A stretch of DNA of 64,000 nt. Source: Bacillota bacterium. GTDB taxonomy: Bacteria > Bacillota > DULZ01. Location of the stretch: contig JBMNIZ010000013.1 in the NCBI GenBank assembly GCA_050951405.1, positions 101,697-165,696 on the forward strand, in the 5' to 3' direction. A program made the translations under genes and the position numbers. A model generated the notes under the pieces. It saw only the letters and a program-made list of their open reading frames with translations, was not told the DNA's origin and did no database searches. This document shows positions 34,058 to 45,912 of the stretch, piece by piece. Within the stretch, counting starts at the first letter, position 1; every line of letters starts with the position of its first letter.

Positions 34058-34564
34058 TTATGCCCAGCAAAATTCTCCGTAGGCGCAATTGCGACAATAC
34101 CTCCCTTTAACTGGAGGAGGTGGCAAATCAAGATATGCAATCCTCAGAATATCTTTCTTAGCCCTTTCAACTTCTTCGATCAGTTGCTGCGTCAAATGGA
34201 CTGGCACTCTTTTTTTTTCTTTGGGAAACAACAACTCCCCTGAAACCTCAACTCCCATACCGGCCAATTCGGTCAGATATAACGCCAACTGCATTTTCGC
34301 ACTGTGTTCAGCTTTAGATGACTTTTTCACCTCTCCCACCACCAGCTGACCATCTTGTTTTTTTATAAGATCAAATTTTAAGTGACCAATTGTCACTTCC
34401 TTTTTCTCGCGGGCATAAGCCCTTTCATGTAAAAAACGTCCTATATCTATATCTGGGTTTCCCTGATCGGCATCTATTCGCCGGGCCATTAACCAAACCT
34501 GTCGGTGGCAAATGTAGTAATACCACATAAGAGTACCGGTAACTCTGATTTCACTAGTTTCCAC
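34058..34564 (-). CDS. cas4: Cas4
   Basis: YYICHRQVWL, EVKKS, C-terminal CRNCAYGEFC Fe-S cysteines. Confidence 0.96.
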   Translation of the reverse strand: METSEIRVTGTLMWYYYICHRQVWLMARRIDADQGNPDIDIGRFLHERAYAREKKEVTIGHLKFDLIKKQDGQLVVGEVKKSSKAEHSAKMQLALYLTELAGMGVEVSGELLFPKEKKRVPVHLTQQLIEEVERAKKDILRIAYLDLPPPPVKGRYCRNCAYGEFCWA

Positions 34565-34710
34565 AATTATCCCCCATTATTAAACATACTGTAACTTGAT
34601 AAGCCTGCTTATTCTGGTCAATTGACCGGCGTTCCTGCAGCATCCGGCCACCATTATCGTCTGATCCGGCCAATGACCGGCACCTTCTGTCTGAAGTTTA
34701 ACATAGATAA

Positions 34711-35465
34711 TTAAGCTGTGGTACCACCCCCTCCATTTTTGTGAGCAGTCGCCCTTAAACTTGGCCCTTTAAGCTCAATCCGGTAGGCATTGTTGATTAA
34801 TCTGTCCAGTACAGCATCCGCAATAGTGGCATCTTCAAACTGGGCATGCCATTTTGCCACCGGCAGTTGGGCGGAGATGGCGATGGATTTCTTGTCATGG
34901 CGGCCATCGATGACCTCCAGGAAATCCCGGCAGGCACTGGGGGAAAGCGAGGCCATGCCGAAATCATCCAAGATTAACAAATCAGGTTTCTTTAGATCAT
35001 TGAGTAAGCGGTTGTAAGAACCGTCTCCCCGGCTGATAGCCAAATCGGTTAACAGCCTGTTTACTTTGTAGGAGCGAACCTTTAAACCTTTCCTACAAGC
35101 AGCATGGCCGAAAGCACTGATCAAGTAAGTTTTTCCGGTGCCGGTGGCCCCCGTGATAATGAGGTTTTTGCCTTCTCTAACCCAAGTACAATCGGCTAAA
35201 CGGGCTATGGTGGCTTTGTCCAAATTCCTCCTGGGATCGTAATTGATATCTTCCAGACTGGCGATGGGTCCCTTAAATTCGCTTCTCTTAGTAACCTTTT
35301 CAGGCGGCTGTTGGCTTTGGCCAACCACTGGGCATCCACCATCATCGCCAGGCGTTCATCAAAGGACAGGGAGTTGTTGATGCTAAGCTCAAGCTGGCGG
35401 CGGTACTCTTCCTCCATGGCCTTTAGGTTCATGCTGTGAAGCTTGTTCAGTGTTTGGTTAATCAT
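34711..35465 (-). pseudogene. istB: IstB, frameshifted near 35290
   Basis: N-terminus in 35205..35465; GATGTGKT and LLILDDFG in 34711..35328. Confidence 0.85.
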
Positions 35466-35485
35466 TATCCATCCACCCCCTAAAC

Positions 35486-36924
35486 CTAGGCCGCAGAGCC
35501 GCGCAAGTTTTCATGCAGGGGAGCGGGTAATTCTTTTTGGGCAAGGGATACTTTGTCCTGACCGTTTTTCAAGATGGCAGTTATCGTTGAGTAAGTACAG
35601 GAATTCATGGCAATTGTTTTGGCACAGGCTGCGTTAAGCCGCCCATGACCATATTTTTCGGCACACCGCAAGATCCCCAGGCAAGCTCGAAAAGCCTGCT
35701 CTTCAATTACTTGGGAGGTGAGAAGATAGTCAATAGCAGCATAAGTCTGTTCCCCGATACTTTTGGCCCATTCCCGGTAGCCGGTGCCATCCAGGCAGTT
35801 TACCTGGTGCTGGTGACGGTGGTGAGGCGGCATATGGTTGATGTTGGTAACATACCGGGGTCCTGTGTAACGCCTTTGATGCAGTGCTACCCGCTCCCTG
35901 TTCTCATTCAGGATTTCGACGGTCCTGGCTGTGGCTCTGATTGTAACTAATTGCTTGTATAGCTCATGGGGTACCGAATAGTGGTAGTCATCATATTCCA
36001 CATGGTAATTGGCGGGAACCCTGCGCGTTACGTAGTCGGCATACTCATATTGGGTGTACGGTAACGGCCTTAGAGCCGGTTTATCTACCGCTTCAAAAAC
36101 ACTTTGCCTGCTGCCCTTGCGCTTTTGAAAGGGCCTTTGCGCCAACTCTTTGATCCGTTCTCGTATCTCTGCGTTTAAGGCGGTGAAACTGAAGAACTGT
36201 TTCCCACGCAGCCATCCTAAAAGCCAGGTTTCCAGCCAGCCAATGCTGTTTTCTACCGGTGCCTTATCCTTGGGTTCGCGAATCCTGGCCGGTAAGACAG
36301 CTACTTCATAGTGCTTGGCCAAGTCCCAGTAAGCCCGGTTGATGGCCGGATCATAGTAGCTGGGCCTTGTGATTGCGGTTTTGCAGTTGTCCGGCACAAT
36401 TACCTTGGGTACACCGCCAAGGTAGTTTAGACAGTTGACATGGGCTAATAGCCACTTATCCAGCTTTTGATCGGGAAATGCTTCCACATAGGGGTAAGAA
36501 CTGTCCCCCAGGGTGGCTACGAAAAAGTATGCTTTCTTCAGTTCCCCGGTAACACTGTCGATGACACAATCAAGAGTATCACCCATCCAGTCCACAAACA
36601 GTTCTTTTCCCGGTTCCCGGTTTTGAGCCATGATAACGCTTTTGCCGGTTTCATTCTTCCAGTCGGCGTAGCGCCGGCAAAAACGGCTCTAGCTTAGACC
36701 TTTTTGGGCTGGCCAAAACTATTGGGGTAAAGCAACTTTTTGATTTCTTCGTCAGTCATTTGGGCTGCTTTATGGTATTGAAGATTACATTCTCGGCAAC
36801 GTTTTTGGACATCGCCTACGGTTGATTTACCGCACTTGACACTGCGGGCGGTTTCTCTTTGGGAGTATCCCTGTTCCGTCAGCCTCAGTATCTCGAGGAT
36901 TTTCACGGGTTCTACGCACCTCAT
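35486..36924 (-). pseudogene. istA: IstA, split
   Basis: HTH fragment 36694..36924 plus DDE part 35486..36631 (FVDWMGD, IVPDNCK, DKAPVE). Confidence 0.85.
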
Positions 36925-37103
36925 CTTTCTTCCCCCTGTACACGTAGTTACCTACATTGTACAGGAATGATTTTGGAGGTGCCGGTTTATTGGCCGGATA
37001 AGGCAGGAACAGTGGCCGAATGTCGCAGGAATCGCGGCCGGATGTGACAGGAATCCTGCCCGGATACGGCGAGAGGGCTGGCCGGATGGCGCAGGAATAC
37101 TCA

Positions 37104-39162
37104 TCATACGGCTAGACGGATTTACCAACGTTTAGTAAAGGGAAAAAACTTCACCGGGGCCGAGTCCACGGCCGAGTCCACCATTAGACGGATAGTCCGG
37201 GAAATGAAGCAGCCTATGAAAGAAGCCTTTATGCCCTTGGAATTTGACCCGGGCGAAGCAGCCCAAGTGGATTGGGGCGAGGCTACCATTTATCTCAAAG
37301 GCCAAAAAACAAAGGTCCAACTCTTCTGTTACCGGTTATGCTATAGCGCCGACATCTTCGTGAAAGCCTTCTTTCGCCAGAACCAGGAATCCTTTCTGGA
37401 AGGCCACGTAGCTGCTTTTACCCATGGCAACGGTGTCCCCAAGAAAATTATCTTTGATAATGCTCGCGTTGCCGTCAAAGAAGGCTTTGGCCTCTATGCC
37501 AAACCTCAGGATGCCTACCAGGCCTTAAGCGCCCATTATGCTTTTGAAATGCATTTTACCAACATGAATAGCGGCAACGAAAAAGGCCTAGTGGAGAACC
37601 TGGTAGGCTGGGTTAGGCGCAATATCCTTGTACCGGTACCTAGGGTAGATAGTATCGAGGAACTGAATGAAACCCTTATCTCCGCCTGCCTCCAATACCG
37701 GAACCATCAAATTCAAGGCCGTAACCAAACGGTGGAACAACAATTCGAAACAGAGAAACATAGTCTGACACCCCTGCCCAAATTTGTCTTTGATACCAGC
37801 AAGAGTACTACTGTACGGGTAAACGATAACAGCCTCATCCGTTTTGAAGGCAATCAATACTCTGTCCCTGTCCATTTAGTCGGCAAAACTGTTAGCATCA
37901 AAGCTTACGGCAACCACCTGGTCTGTTACCATCAAGGAGAAATGGTAGCCACCCATCCACGCTTTTACAGCCGCGGCGAGACCATATTTGAATTGGCTCA
38001 CTACCTGCCGCTTCTGGAACAAAAACCCCGCTCCGTTTTTCATGCCAAACCGGTTCGCCGCACCGCGGCCCATGAGCTTTTGGCTTGGGCCAATTATTTC
38101 CCGGCGGGGCCAAAGATACGGTTCAGTTACTAAAACTCAGTGTAGAATATGGCCTCGAACGAGTTCTTGCTGTTAAAGAGGCATTACCGGCCGGCATCAC
38201 TCCCACTATTGACTTGGTGCGCCATGAATTAAAACCACATGTTCCGGTCGAATTGGACACCGCCAAAGACATCCCGGTCAGTACCATTGATTTAGCTGAC
38301 TATGACCGCAAGTATCTGGCGGTGGCGCCATAAATCCCAAGCATGAACTAATTGCACTTTATGCCAAGCAACTCAGACTCCCTACTTTTACAAGGTATCA
38401 AGAAATATTACGCCAACAGGAACAACTAAGCTATGAGGATTTCCTCCTTGCCATCATGAAACAGGAGTTGGATGCCAGAAGCCTAAATCAACAAAAACGG
38501 CGTATCAAGCAGGCGGGATTTCCCCATGAAAAAACCTTAGAGGAATTCGACTTCAAAAGGCTACGGCATGTGGAAGCAGCCTACGTGCATCAATTCGCCA
38601 GCTGTGACTTTATCCGTAACCGGCAGAATGTCTTAATGATTGGGAATCCGGGCAGTGGCAAGACCCATTTGGGCATTGCTTTAGGACTACGTGCCTGCCA
38701 GGCAGGATTCAGGGTTAAGTTTACCACTGCCGCAACTTTAGCAACCACCCTAGTGGAGGCAAAAGAAACAAGGGAACTCCTCAAACTGGAACGCCAGCTT
38801 CAGAAAGCAGATTTGCTGATTATTGATGAGTTATCATACCTGAGCTTTAACCGCCATCAGTCTGAGCTGCTCTTTAAAGTCATCTCTGACCGGGCGGAGA
38901 AAAGGAGTGTGATCATCAGTACTAACTTGGAATTCTCTCGCTGGACGGAGCTATTTGAAAACCCGACCTTGGTTGCAGCATTAGTGGATCGCCTCACTTT
39001 TAGGTCCCATATCTTAAACATGAATAACCCGTCCTATCGGATGGAGCATGGCTAATTCATCCTAATCATTTCCAACTGGAAGCCCTGACTTAATTGATTA
39101 ACCCGTTACCAAGTGGATCAATCTTTGGATATCACGGTGGATCAAATATTCATTGACATTCG
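37104..39162 (+). mobile_element. IS21-family element A, copy 2 (5'-truncated)
   Basis: Near-identical to about 6039..7741; starts abruptly at the end of element C; istA 37204..38333 has the same frameshift. Confidence 0.9.
38456..39055 (+). CDS. istB: IstB ATPase (open frame extends upstream to about 38330 without a canonical start)
   Basis: GNPGSGKT Walker A, LLIIDELSY Walker B. Confidence 0.75.
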   Translation: MKQELDARSLNQQKRRIKQAGFPHEKTLEEFDFKRLRHVEAAYVHQFASCDFIRNRQNVLMIGNPGSGKTHLGIALGLRACQAGFRVKFTTAATLATTLVEAKETRELLKLERQLQKADLLIIDELSYLSFNRHQSELLFKVISDRAEKRSVIISTNLEFSRWTELFENPTLVAALVDRLTFRSHILNMNNPSYRMEHG

Positions 39163-40958
39163 GAAATCGCAGCAAGTATTCCTGATGCGTGTTCGCTCCA
39201 AGCTGTATGGCATTCTCCGCCAGGTTCCGGCTTAGCCGTAGTTTTTTGCACAAGGCGGCTACCTCAGACGCTAACATGAAGCTTCACCGCCTCTCTTGGC
39301 AAGGCATACATCGTAGGCGGAAAGGTCCGGTTTCACGGGTTGTAACCGGGGTGCTTGCGGGCCAAGGGTAATAGGGGGTAGCTCTGGTACCTGGCCGTGT
39401 AAACAGCCGTACAAATTGACCAGGCTATCCACATCGTAGACCTGGTACAACAAAGCGGTTTCCACAGTTTTGACGGCATGTTCGAAGTTGCTTTTTTCCG
39501 TCAGTTCAGCAATGACACGAAGAATTTTACCTGTATCTTTCTTATCACATCCTTCCAAGTATTGCCGCAGGCTTTCCGGTAACATGCGATAAATGCCCCT
39601 GTATTTTAGCGCCCCGGCCTTTTGGACAGCTGGGTGAGATAAGGCAGCCACTGCATGCTTTGTTGTTTAAAATCACCGTACAGCCGTTCATGGCGCACAA
39701 TTTCCCGATGGCTGTCATCCAACACTACTACTTCATGAGCAGTGAGGCGTACCAAAACACGACTGTTGGCGTACTTGGGGCTGACCGAGTATTCATGAAG
39801 ACCGTTGTTGAGATAGAATTTGCCGTAACCATTGGTTTTGACGGTTAGATACTTTGCTACATCTAAAGGTATGGCCGGTAAAGGGCGCAATGCTTTCCTG
39901 TCCTCTAAAAACAGCTCTTGAATACTGGCGTTTTTCCGGTAGTGTTCCCGTTGCCCGTCCAGTTCACATTTGAATAACAGTTCCCGGTTAAAGGCAGCCA
40001 GGTCACTGATTTGCGGCCGTGGCACCAGTAGATTGTGCCGGTGATAACCGACTTTACGCTCCACGTTGCCTTTTTCATGTCCAGCATCGGGGTTGCAAAA
40101 AGCGGCCTCGAATTGATAGTGCTCCATGAATATAAGGAAATCATCAGTAAGGTTTCTCCCGCCCCCCTTGACCACTTTGGCGACAATGGTACTAGCATTA
40201 TCAAACCAGATTCGGGTAGGCACTCCACCAATATACTCAAAAATGGCGATTAAACCTTCAAAGAAGCATTGTTGATTTTCGCCTTTTAAAAGCTGGGTAA
40301 ACCCTTGGTTGCTGTGAGGAAAAGATAAATTTAAATGATGCCCCATGAAGAGCTTGCCATTTAAGAAAAAATCGCTGTCTCCAAAATCAACCTGGGCTTC
40401 TCCGGGAATATGCTCCAAAGGGAGGTATCCGTCTCTATCTTGGCCAAAAATCTCTTTTTTCTTCATGGCTACATAGCCGGCCACAGTCCGGTAGGAGCAG
40501 CTGAATTTATCTTTGAACTCTTCTCTTAATCTGTCATAGACTCTCTTGGCGGTATGGCGCTGTTTACGCCGGGCTTTTTTGTCTTCCTCTAACCACTCAT
40601 CAATGGTTGCTTTAAATGGTTCAAGTTTAGGAAAGTTGTTTTCTTTCTTTGGGCTGAGGATTTCTTGATTCCAGTCATCTTTTTGGATGTAGGCTCTGAT
40701 GGTCTTACGGTCATAGCCAAGTCCCCGAGCAATTTGGGAAATGCTTTTCCCTTTCTCAAAGTACTCCTTTCTGATATCATGGACTTGGGTCATTGTGAGC
40801 AACCTCCATTCCTCCCTTGTAACTGAATTTGGTCATCAATTACAGGGTAATTTAGGGCTGTATGTTGCGCAATGACCCTTTGCAATTCTGGGGAATTCTA
40901 TTTGCAAAAATGGGGAATTCTTGTTGCAACTCTGTCCATTTTCAGTTTACAACAAACA
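39163..40958 (-). mobile_element. IS21-family element D, truncated
   Basis: IRL TGTTTGTTGTAAACTGAAAATG; istA frameshifted (39606..40802 plus 39271..39651); istB start 39277 (MLASEVAALCKKLRL) cut by element A copy 2. Confidence 0.85.
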
Positions 40959-41071
40959 ATAAGCCTTCTCTCCAAATGTATTTACAAATTCATCAGTCTG
41001 CGCGAACAGAAACGAAAACTTGTTTCGGATTAAAACCATCTTATAGTTATGAGAATGAGAATCTTCTTCTT

Positions 41072-43651
41072 TTATGAATCAAAAAACAAACTTCCACTCT
41101 CATCTATAAACCCCGTTTCTTCATCATAATATTGAGCTAATTGTTCTGGAGGTACCCAAAGCAAATTAGAATTTGCTCCGCCTCTTATACTAAAATCTAT
41201 AGGAAAATTCTTTTTTAACTTGTTCCATCTAATCTGAACTATATAATCGTTCATTTTAGCAGCAATCAAATTAAGGATCATTTTCCTCTGGTATATGCTA
41301 AGCCTCTTTCCAAAGTGTCTTGCTATATTAGGGCCTATAATTCCTATTAATTCGGAATTGAAATCATTTGTGTAATTTATTAGCCCTTGGTAGACATCCG
41401 CTAATTTAGTAGCGAAGGAATCTTTCTCTACATAAACATCGCCAATCTCTGAGTTCTTTATCAGTTTAAATGTCTGCAAGGCTTCAAAATCAAGTTTTAT
41501 AATACCTTGCTCCCAAATTTTACGGGATTCGTCCGATATATCCCTACCAAAGGCCAAATTGTAGTATTTATCCGCTAGCTCACCATATTCTTGTTCCAAA
41601 ATTTCTCTTTTTTTCATTAACAGCTTCATAGTAGATTGTCTATGCATTAGATTATAGACATAGTGGTTATCATCTTCTAAACGAATAATATAAATTGGTA
41701 GATATTCACCTTTTTTACCTTCGCGGTTTACTCTTCCAGCAGTCTGAATAAGCGAATCTAATGGTGCAAAATCCCTAAAAGCCATATCAAAGTCCAGATC
41801 TACTCCCGCTTCTATAGTCTGAGTAGACACCAATATTACTTGCTTATTGTTTTTTAGCAGCCTGTCCACTTGCTCTATAACTTTCATCCTATCAATAGGT
41901 ATAATATTCGTTGAAAGATACTTTACTGGGATATTATATCGTCTATTTTTAATCTCTTTGCATATTCTTTTATAAATATCAATACTGCGCTTGATTGTAT
42001 TAACTACTATTAAAGCCGATTTCTTTTTATTCCACTTATCAAAAAATAAATCTATAAATTGATCCACATCCAATTTATTATCCAGTAGGGGAATAAACTT
42101 GGTTCTTTTTAATCGTTTAAAATATTTAGGATAATCCGGTAATAAGGGCCTTACGTTGCATTTTTCTTTTTTTACCTGTGCCCACAATAAGAGCTTATCT
42201 CCAAACTCTAATAGCCTAGGTTGGGTGGCAGTCATCAGAATAATTCTTGTTCCATAGTATTGGCTAATCATCTGCAACACAGCACCTATTAAAGGCATAT
42301 AATCCTCCGGTATGGCCTGGGCCTCATCCAAAATGACAATGCTGCCCGCAAGTTTATTTATCTTTTTCAATAATCGGTTTTGACCTGTAAATATTGACTG
42401 AAATAATTGCACAAAAGTGGTCAGGATTACATCTCCTTCCCAAGATTCGATTTCCATATAAATTTTGTCTACCGGAGTTATATCATTATTTTTCTCTTGT
42501 TGTACAACCCCAAATTCACCGTGCGCAGTTAAAAAATCAGATAGCCGATGATGAACTATCATCTTCGCCTTTTTGCCAAAAACATTTTCATATTCTTTTT
42601 TATTTTGTTCGATTATATTTATAAAAGGAATTGCCGTAATAATTCTTGGGACATATTTCTCAACTTGGAATATTCTTTCTTGAAGTCGTAGGGCACATTG
42701 TAATGATGACAAAGTTTTTCCTATTCCAGTAGGTGCTGTAAGGGTAAAAAGTCTAGTGGATTTTATCTCATCATCACTCAAGCTTTCAATAACACTTAAC
42801 ATGGTATTTCTGGCTTGTTCTCTTTGGTCGTCCAATTCGTTGTTTTTTGAGACATCATAATTACCTTTCTTCTGGGCTAGGTATTTTGTAACATTATCCG
42901 GAGAAACAGCAAATACTTCTCTTGGGGCAATATATGATGAATCGAGCTTGTCATTATCTATTAATACGGAGAATAAATACAAAAGGATAAAAAACCATTT
43001 AGGGTGGTTAATTCTGCCATTCTCAAAGCGAGTTGGGATGTATTGAAAATCCTTATTCTTTTTCAAGCAGTCTATGCACAAATATTGCTTAAATTCTTCT
43101 AAGGTTAACTTGTCTCTAAAATCTAGATCTTCCAAAATTTCATTTGCCTTAGCGTTTAAATGTATCTCAAGTGCTTCTAATTTGTTCCAAATATCATATC
43201 TAAAGGAAAATAGATCTTTAAGATTTAATGAAGTATGATGCTGACGGACACAAAGATAGGCCAGAAAAGACAAGATATCTTTTTTCTCCTTATCAAGTGT
43301 CAATTTAGCAGATAGAATTAAAAATACAAAACAAGCAGATATATGAGCATGATTTTTTAATGGGCTATCTTTGTTCTCTTTTAAATATTTTTGAAAGTAG
43401 TCACTATACTTACCTAAATCATGGAAATGACCCAACAAGTAGCTGATCTTTTTGATAGTGGAGTCGCTTATCTCATCAAATTCTACTACTGGAGGCATGT
43501 TTTTTGTACTGAGCAGCGCAACTGATTTCAGGTGCTCATTTAATAATTGACTCTCGCCCTTTTCTTTATCGTAATGAGCAAGGTATTGCAAGATTACATT
43601 ACCCCTTTTTAAAGGCATTGGAGCCATGCTTATGCAAAACTCCAATGCCAT
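41072..43651 (-). CDS. cas3: Cas3 HD nuclease/helicase (true start may be TTG 43591)
   Basis: HDLGK, APTGIGKT, DEAQ, TAT, QTIEAGVD, QTAGRVNR motifs. Confidence 0.97.
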   Translation of the reverse strand: MALEFCISMAPMPLKRGNVILQYLAHYDKEKGESQLLNEHLKSVALLSTKNMPPVVEFDEISDSTIKKISYLLGHFHDLGKYSDYFQKYLKENKDSPLKNHAHISACFVFLILSAKLTLDKEKKDILSFLAYLCVRQHHTSLNLKDLFSFRYDIWNKLEALEIHLNAKANEILEDLDFRDKLTLEEFKQYLCIDCLKKNKDFQYIPTRFENGRINHPKWFFILLYLFSVLIDNDKLDSSYIAPREVFAVSPDNVTKYLAQKKGNYDVSKNNELDDQREQARNTMLSVIESLSDDEIKSTRLFTLTAPTGIGKTLSSLQCALRLQERIFQVEKYVPRIITAIPFINIIEQNKKEYENVFGKKAKMIVHHRLSDFLTAHGEFGVVQQEKNNDITPVDKIYMEIESWEGDVILTTFVQLFQSIFTGQNRLLKKINKLAGSIVILDEAQAIPEDYMPLIGAVLQMISQYYGTRIILMTATQPRLLEFGDKLLLWAQVKKEKCNVRPLLPDYPKYFKRLKRTKFIPLLDNKLDVDQFIDLFFDKWNKKKSALIVVNTIKRSIDIYKRICKEIKNRRYNIPVKYLSTNIIPIDRMKVIEQVDRLLKNNKQVILVSTQTIEAGVDLDFDMAFRDFAPLDSLIQTAGRVNREGKKGEYLPIYIIRLEDDNHYVYNLMHRQSTMKLLMKKREILEQEYGELADKYYNLAFGRDISDESRKIWEQGIIKLDFEALQTFKLIKNSEIGDVYVEKDSFATKLADVYQGLINYTNDFNSELIGIIGPNIARHFGKRLSIYQRKMILNLIAAKMNDYIVQIRWNKLKKNFPIDFSIRGGANSNLLWVPPEQLAQYYDEETGFIDESGSLFFDS

Positions 43652-43654
43652 ATT

Positions 43655-44419
43655 TTACTCCATCCATACAATGTTTTCCTTGTTATCTAACTTGGTAAAA
43701 GTATTTACCACTGCTGGGATAGAGTTCCCCTCAATGTTTGCGATTACTTCTTTTAAACCCCTACTGGTAATACATCTATTTGCATCAAACTCTAAAGGCA
43801 GCTCTTCTTTAATAATCTTATAGCCACTATTAGTATTAATTTTGATTATTTTTAGTTCTTTTATATTATCTACAGGAATTACCGAGGAAATCATTTGTTC
43901 AGAATCATTGCATATTTCTTGGACTTCTGAGATTCCATCATATTGAATCCATCCGAGATTAAATGCACTACCTAGGGATATACAAGCACCTAAACTTGTA
44001 TAGAGTGCACTGTTATAATTAAGAAGCCCTCCAAGGGCATCCATAATTTTTTCGTCCCTATGATGCATCCAAATCTTATAATCCACATAACCTGTTCTTA
44101 TATCTTGAGGAATAACTAACTCTATTGGAGTTTGACTGTGATATTCTTGGGAGCCATTTAGATCATTAAGTGTTTTTATCATCAAATAATTCATCTTCTG
44201 CATGTTCTTTTTGATAGGTTTACACGATGCTATGGCTATTTTACATTTATCTAAAGAAAAATCTTCATAATAAGTGTCTCTTTTATAGCCTAAAAGACCC
44301 GCTACGATCCCTACTATTGTAGTTCTGGGAGGGATAAAATAAGATAGTGCCGAAGAATTGGAGTAAAATTTCCTAAAATGCGCCATCTTGCCTCTTAAAT
44401 AAAACGAAAGCACTTTCAT
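43655..44419 (-). CDS. cas5: Cas5 (I-B)
   Basis: GKMAHFRK and PPRTTIVGIVAGLLG RAMP N-terminus; Gly loop LGSAFNLG. Confidence 0.93.
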   Translation of the reverse strand: MKVLSFYLRGKMAHFRKFYSNSSALSYFIPPRTTIVGIVAGLLGYKRDTYYEDFSLDKCKIAIASCKPIKKNMQKMNYLMIKTLNDLNGSQEYHSQTPIELVIPQDIRTGYVDYKIWMHHRDEKIMDALGGLLNYNSALYTSLGACISLGSAFNLGWIQYDGISEVQEICNDSEQMISSVIPVDNIKELKIIKINTNSGYKIIKEELPLEFDANRCITSRGLKEVIANIEGNSIPAVVNTFTKLDNKENIVWME

Positions 44420-44431
44420 ACACGATGCCTC

Positions 44432-45487
44432 CTATTTTATCGGAGTCCACAAATCCACCTCTTGGAATTCGGGAAAGTTAATCAGGTTATCTAACTTGGT
44501 AAAAGGATGTATCCAGCCTACGACTTTTTCTATATAACCTTTTTTCCCTATATCATCTATAGCTCGTTTTAATCGGGAAAAATCAATCACTATATCACTA
44601 ATCGACCTTATTATTTCATTATATTTAACATCAAGAAATCTCCTCAAATCTCCTAAATATCCGTCAAAATCAGGCTTGTATATAATTTCAATATAAAAAA
44701 GCGGTTCCTGCCCTTGTTTGCTGTCAGTTTTATTCGACATTAACCCCTGAACCAAAGACTTCCGCAATAATTCTCTATCCATTTCAGTCATGCCAGTCAG
44801 TTTTGCGCTGTTTTTATTAATAGTCCCATAGTGAGCTATCAAAGCATAATACAATTTATACTTTTTCCCGAAAGTTGAGCTATCATCACTCATGATCGAT
44901 GTAATGGTACTGGATTTTACCATCCCCACAGGATGAAGAGAATAGCCCCAACTAATTTGGACAGGACCAGTATATGTCCTACTAACGCCCTCAACGGCCA
45001 TAGCACTGCCAAAAAGCCTGATATCAATTAAAGACCTTTTGATTATTTCGGTAAGAAACGTATTATTGAACTTTATAAAATCTTTATTTTTTTTCATCGT
45101 AGGGATAGAGCTTTTTTCGTTATAAATCTTTTTATAATCCTTGGCATCGCCAAACAAGTTGTACCATTGTTCCTTTAAATCCGGATTATCTGTAAAAATT
45201 TCATCTATTTTTTCCTGGTTCTCTAGTTGTTCATTTACAATATGCTCAAACATCTTATTCATAGGAATTTTCTGGTCAGCTAATGTGTCGACAAATATAG
45301 GAAAACCTTTCCTCTTTAAAAAATCCCTCACATCTCTTTTTCTACGGGCGTCACTTACCAGCACAGTTGAGGTTTCATAATCCATTCTCGGCTTATTTTC
45401 CTGATCCGGATCGCCATTTGGGTTTGATAAAGTAGCCTCAAATGCAAACAAAAAATCACTATTTTGATTGATAATCATATTTTTCAT
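44432..45487 (-). CDS. cas7: Cas7 (Csh2-type)
   Basis: NPNGDPDQENKPR, DIRLFG, TGPVQ motifs. Confidence 0.94.
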   Translation of the reverse strand: MKNMIINQNSDFLFAFEATLSNPNGDPDQENKPRMDYETSTVLVSDARRKRDVRDFLKRKGFPIFVDTLADQKIPMNKMFEHIVNEQLENQEKIDEIFTDNPDLKEQWYNLFGDAKDYKKIYNEKSSIPTMKKNKDFIKFNNTFLTEIIKRSLIDIRLFGSAMAVEGVSRTYTGPVQISWGYSLHPVGMVKSSTITSIMSDDSSTFGKKYKLYYALIAHYGTINKNSAKLTGMTEMDRELLRKSLVQGLMSNKTDSKQGQEPLFYIEIIYKPDFDGYLGDLRRFLDVKYNEIIRSISDIVIDFSRLKRAIDDIGKKGYIEKVVGWIHPFTKLDNLINFPEFQEVDLWTPIK

Positions 45488-45912
45488 CCTTTCTATCCTT
45501 TCTTATTTTTGACCTTTTTTGAAATAGGCATATTCTGAGATATATTGCCATTCTACTGTAAAACTCGATTTTACTATTAAAATATATTAACGAGCAGCAG
45601 TATCATCAATATTAATCGGTTCCAACCTAAAAACATTCCCCATAATTTTTCATAAGCTTTTGTGATTATAGAGAAGAATATCACTCTTTAGCACAAAGAG
45701 CTAAACCTAAGTCATAAAAAGATATAGATAAACAAATTTTAATTCATTTTCTTATAGCTAAAATAAAGGGTTCTTAAAGAATAAATAACTTTAATATTTG
45801 GTTTTCTTTGGTGTAGTTACCTGAAAGATTGTCAATTTGGCATAGAAACTTTTTCTCTGTACTACATTACCTTAATTTAGCATAGCTTCGTTTATGCAAA
45901 AGACCTTTTGTT

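Larger units (their letters stand above)
34606..37103 (-). mobile_element. IS21-family (IS408-like) element C, defective
   Basis: Ends TGAGTATTCCTGCGCC / TGCTTATTCTGGTC with repeated ATCCGGCCA boxes; broken istA and istB. Confidence 0.85.

Noticed and set aside
37158-37181. 12-bp tandem duplication GGCCGAGTCCAC in IS21 copy 2
   Set aside because: Local slippage in an already truncated transposase; no functional meaning evident
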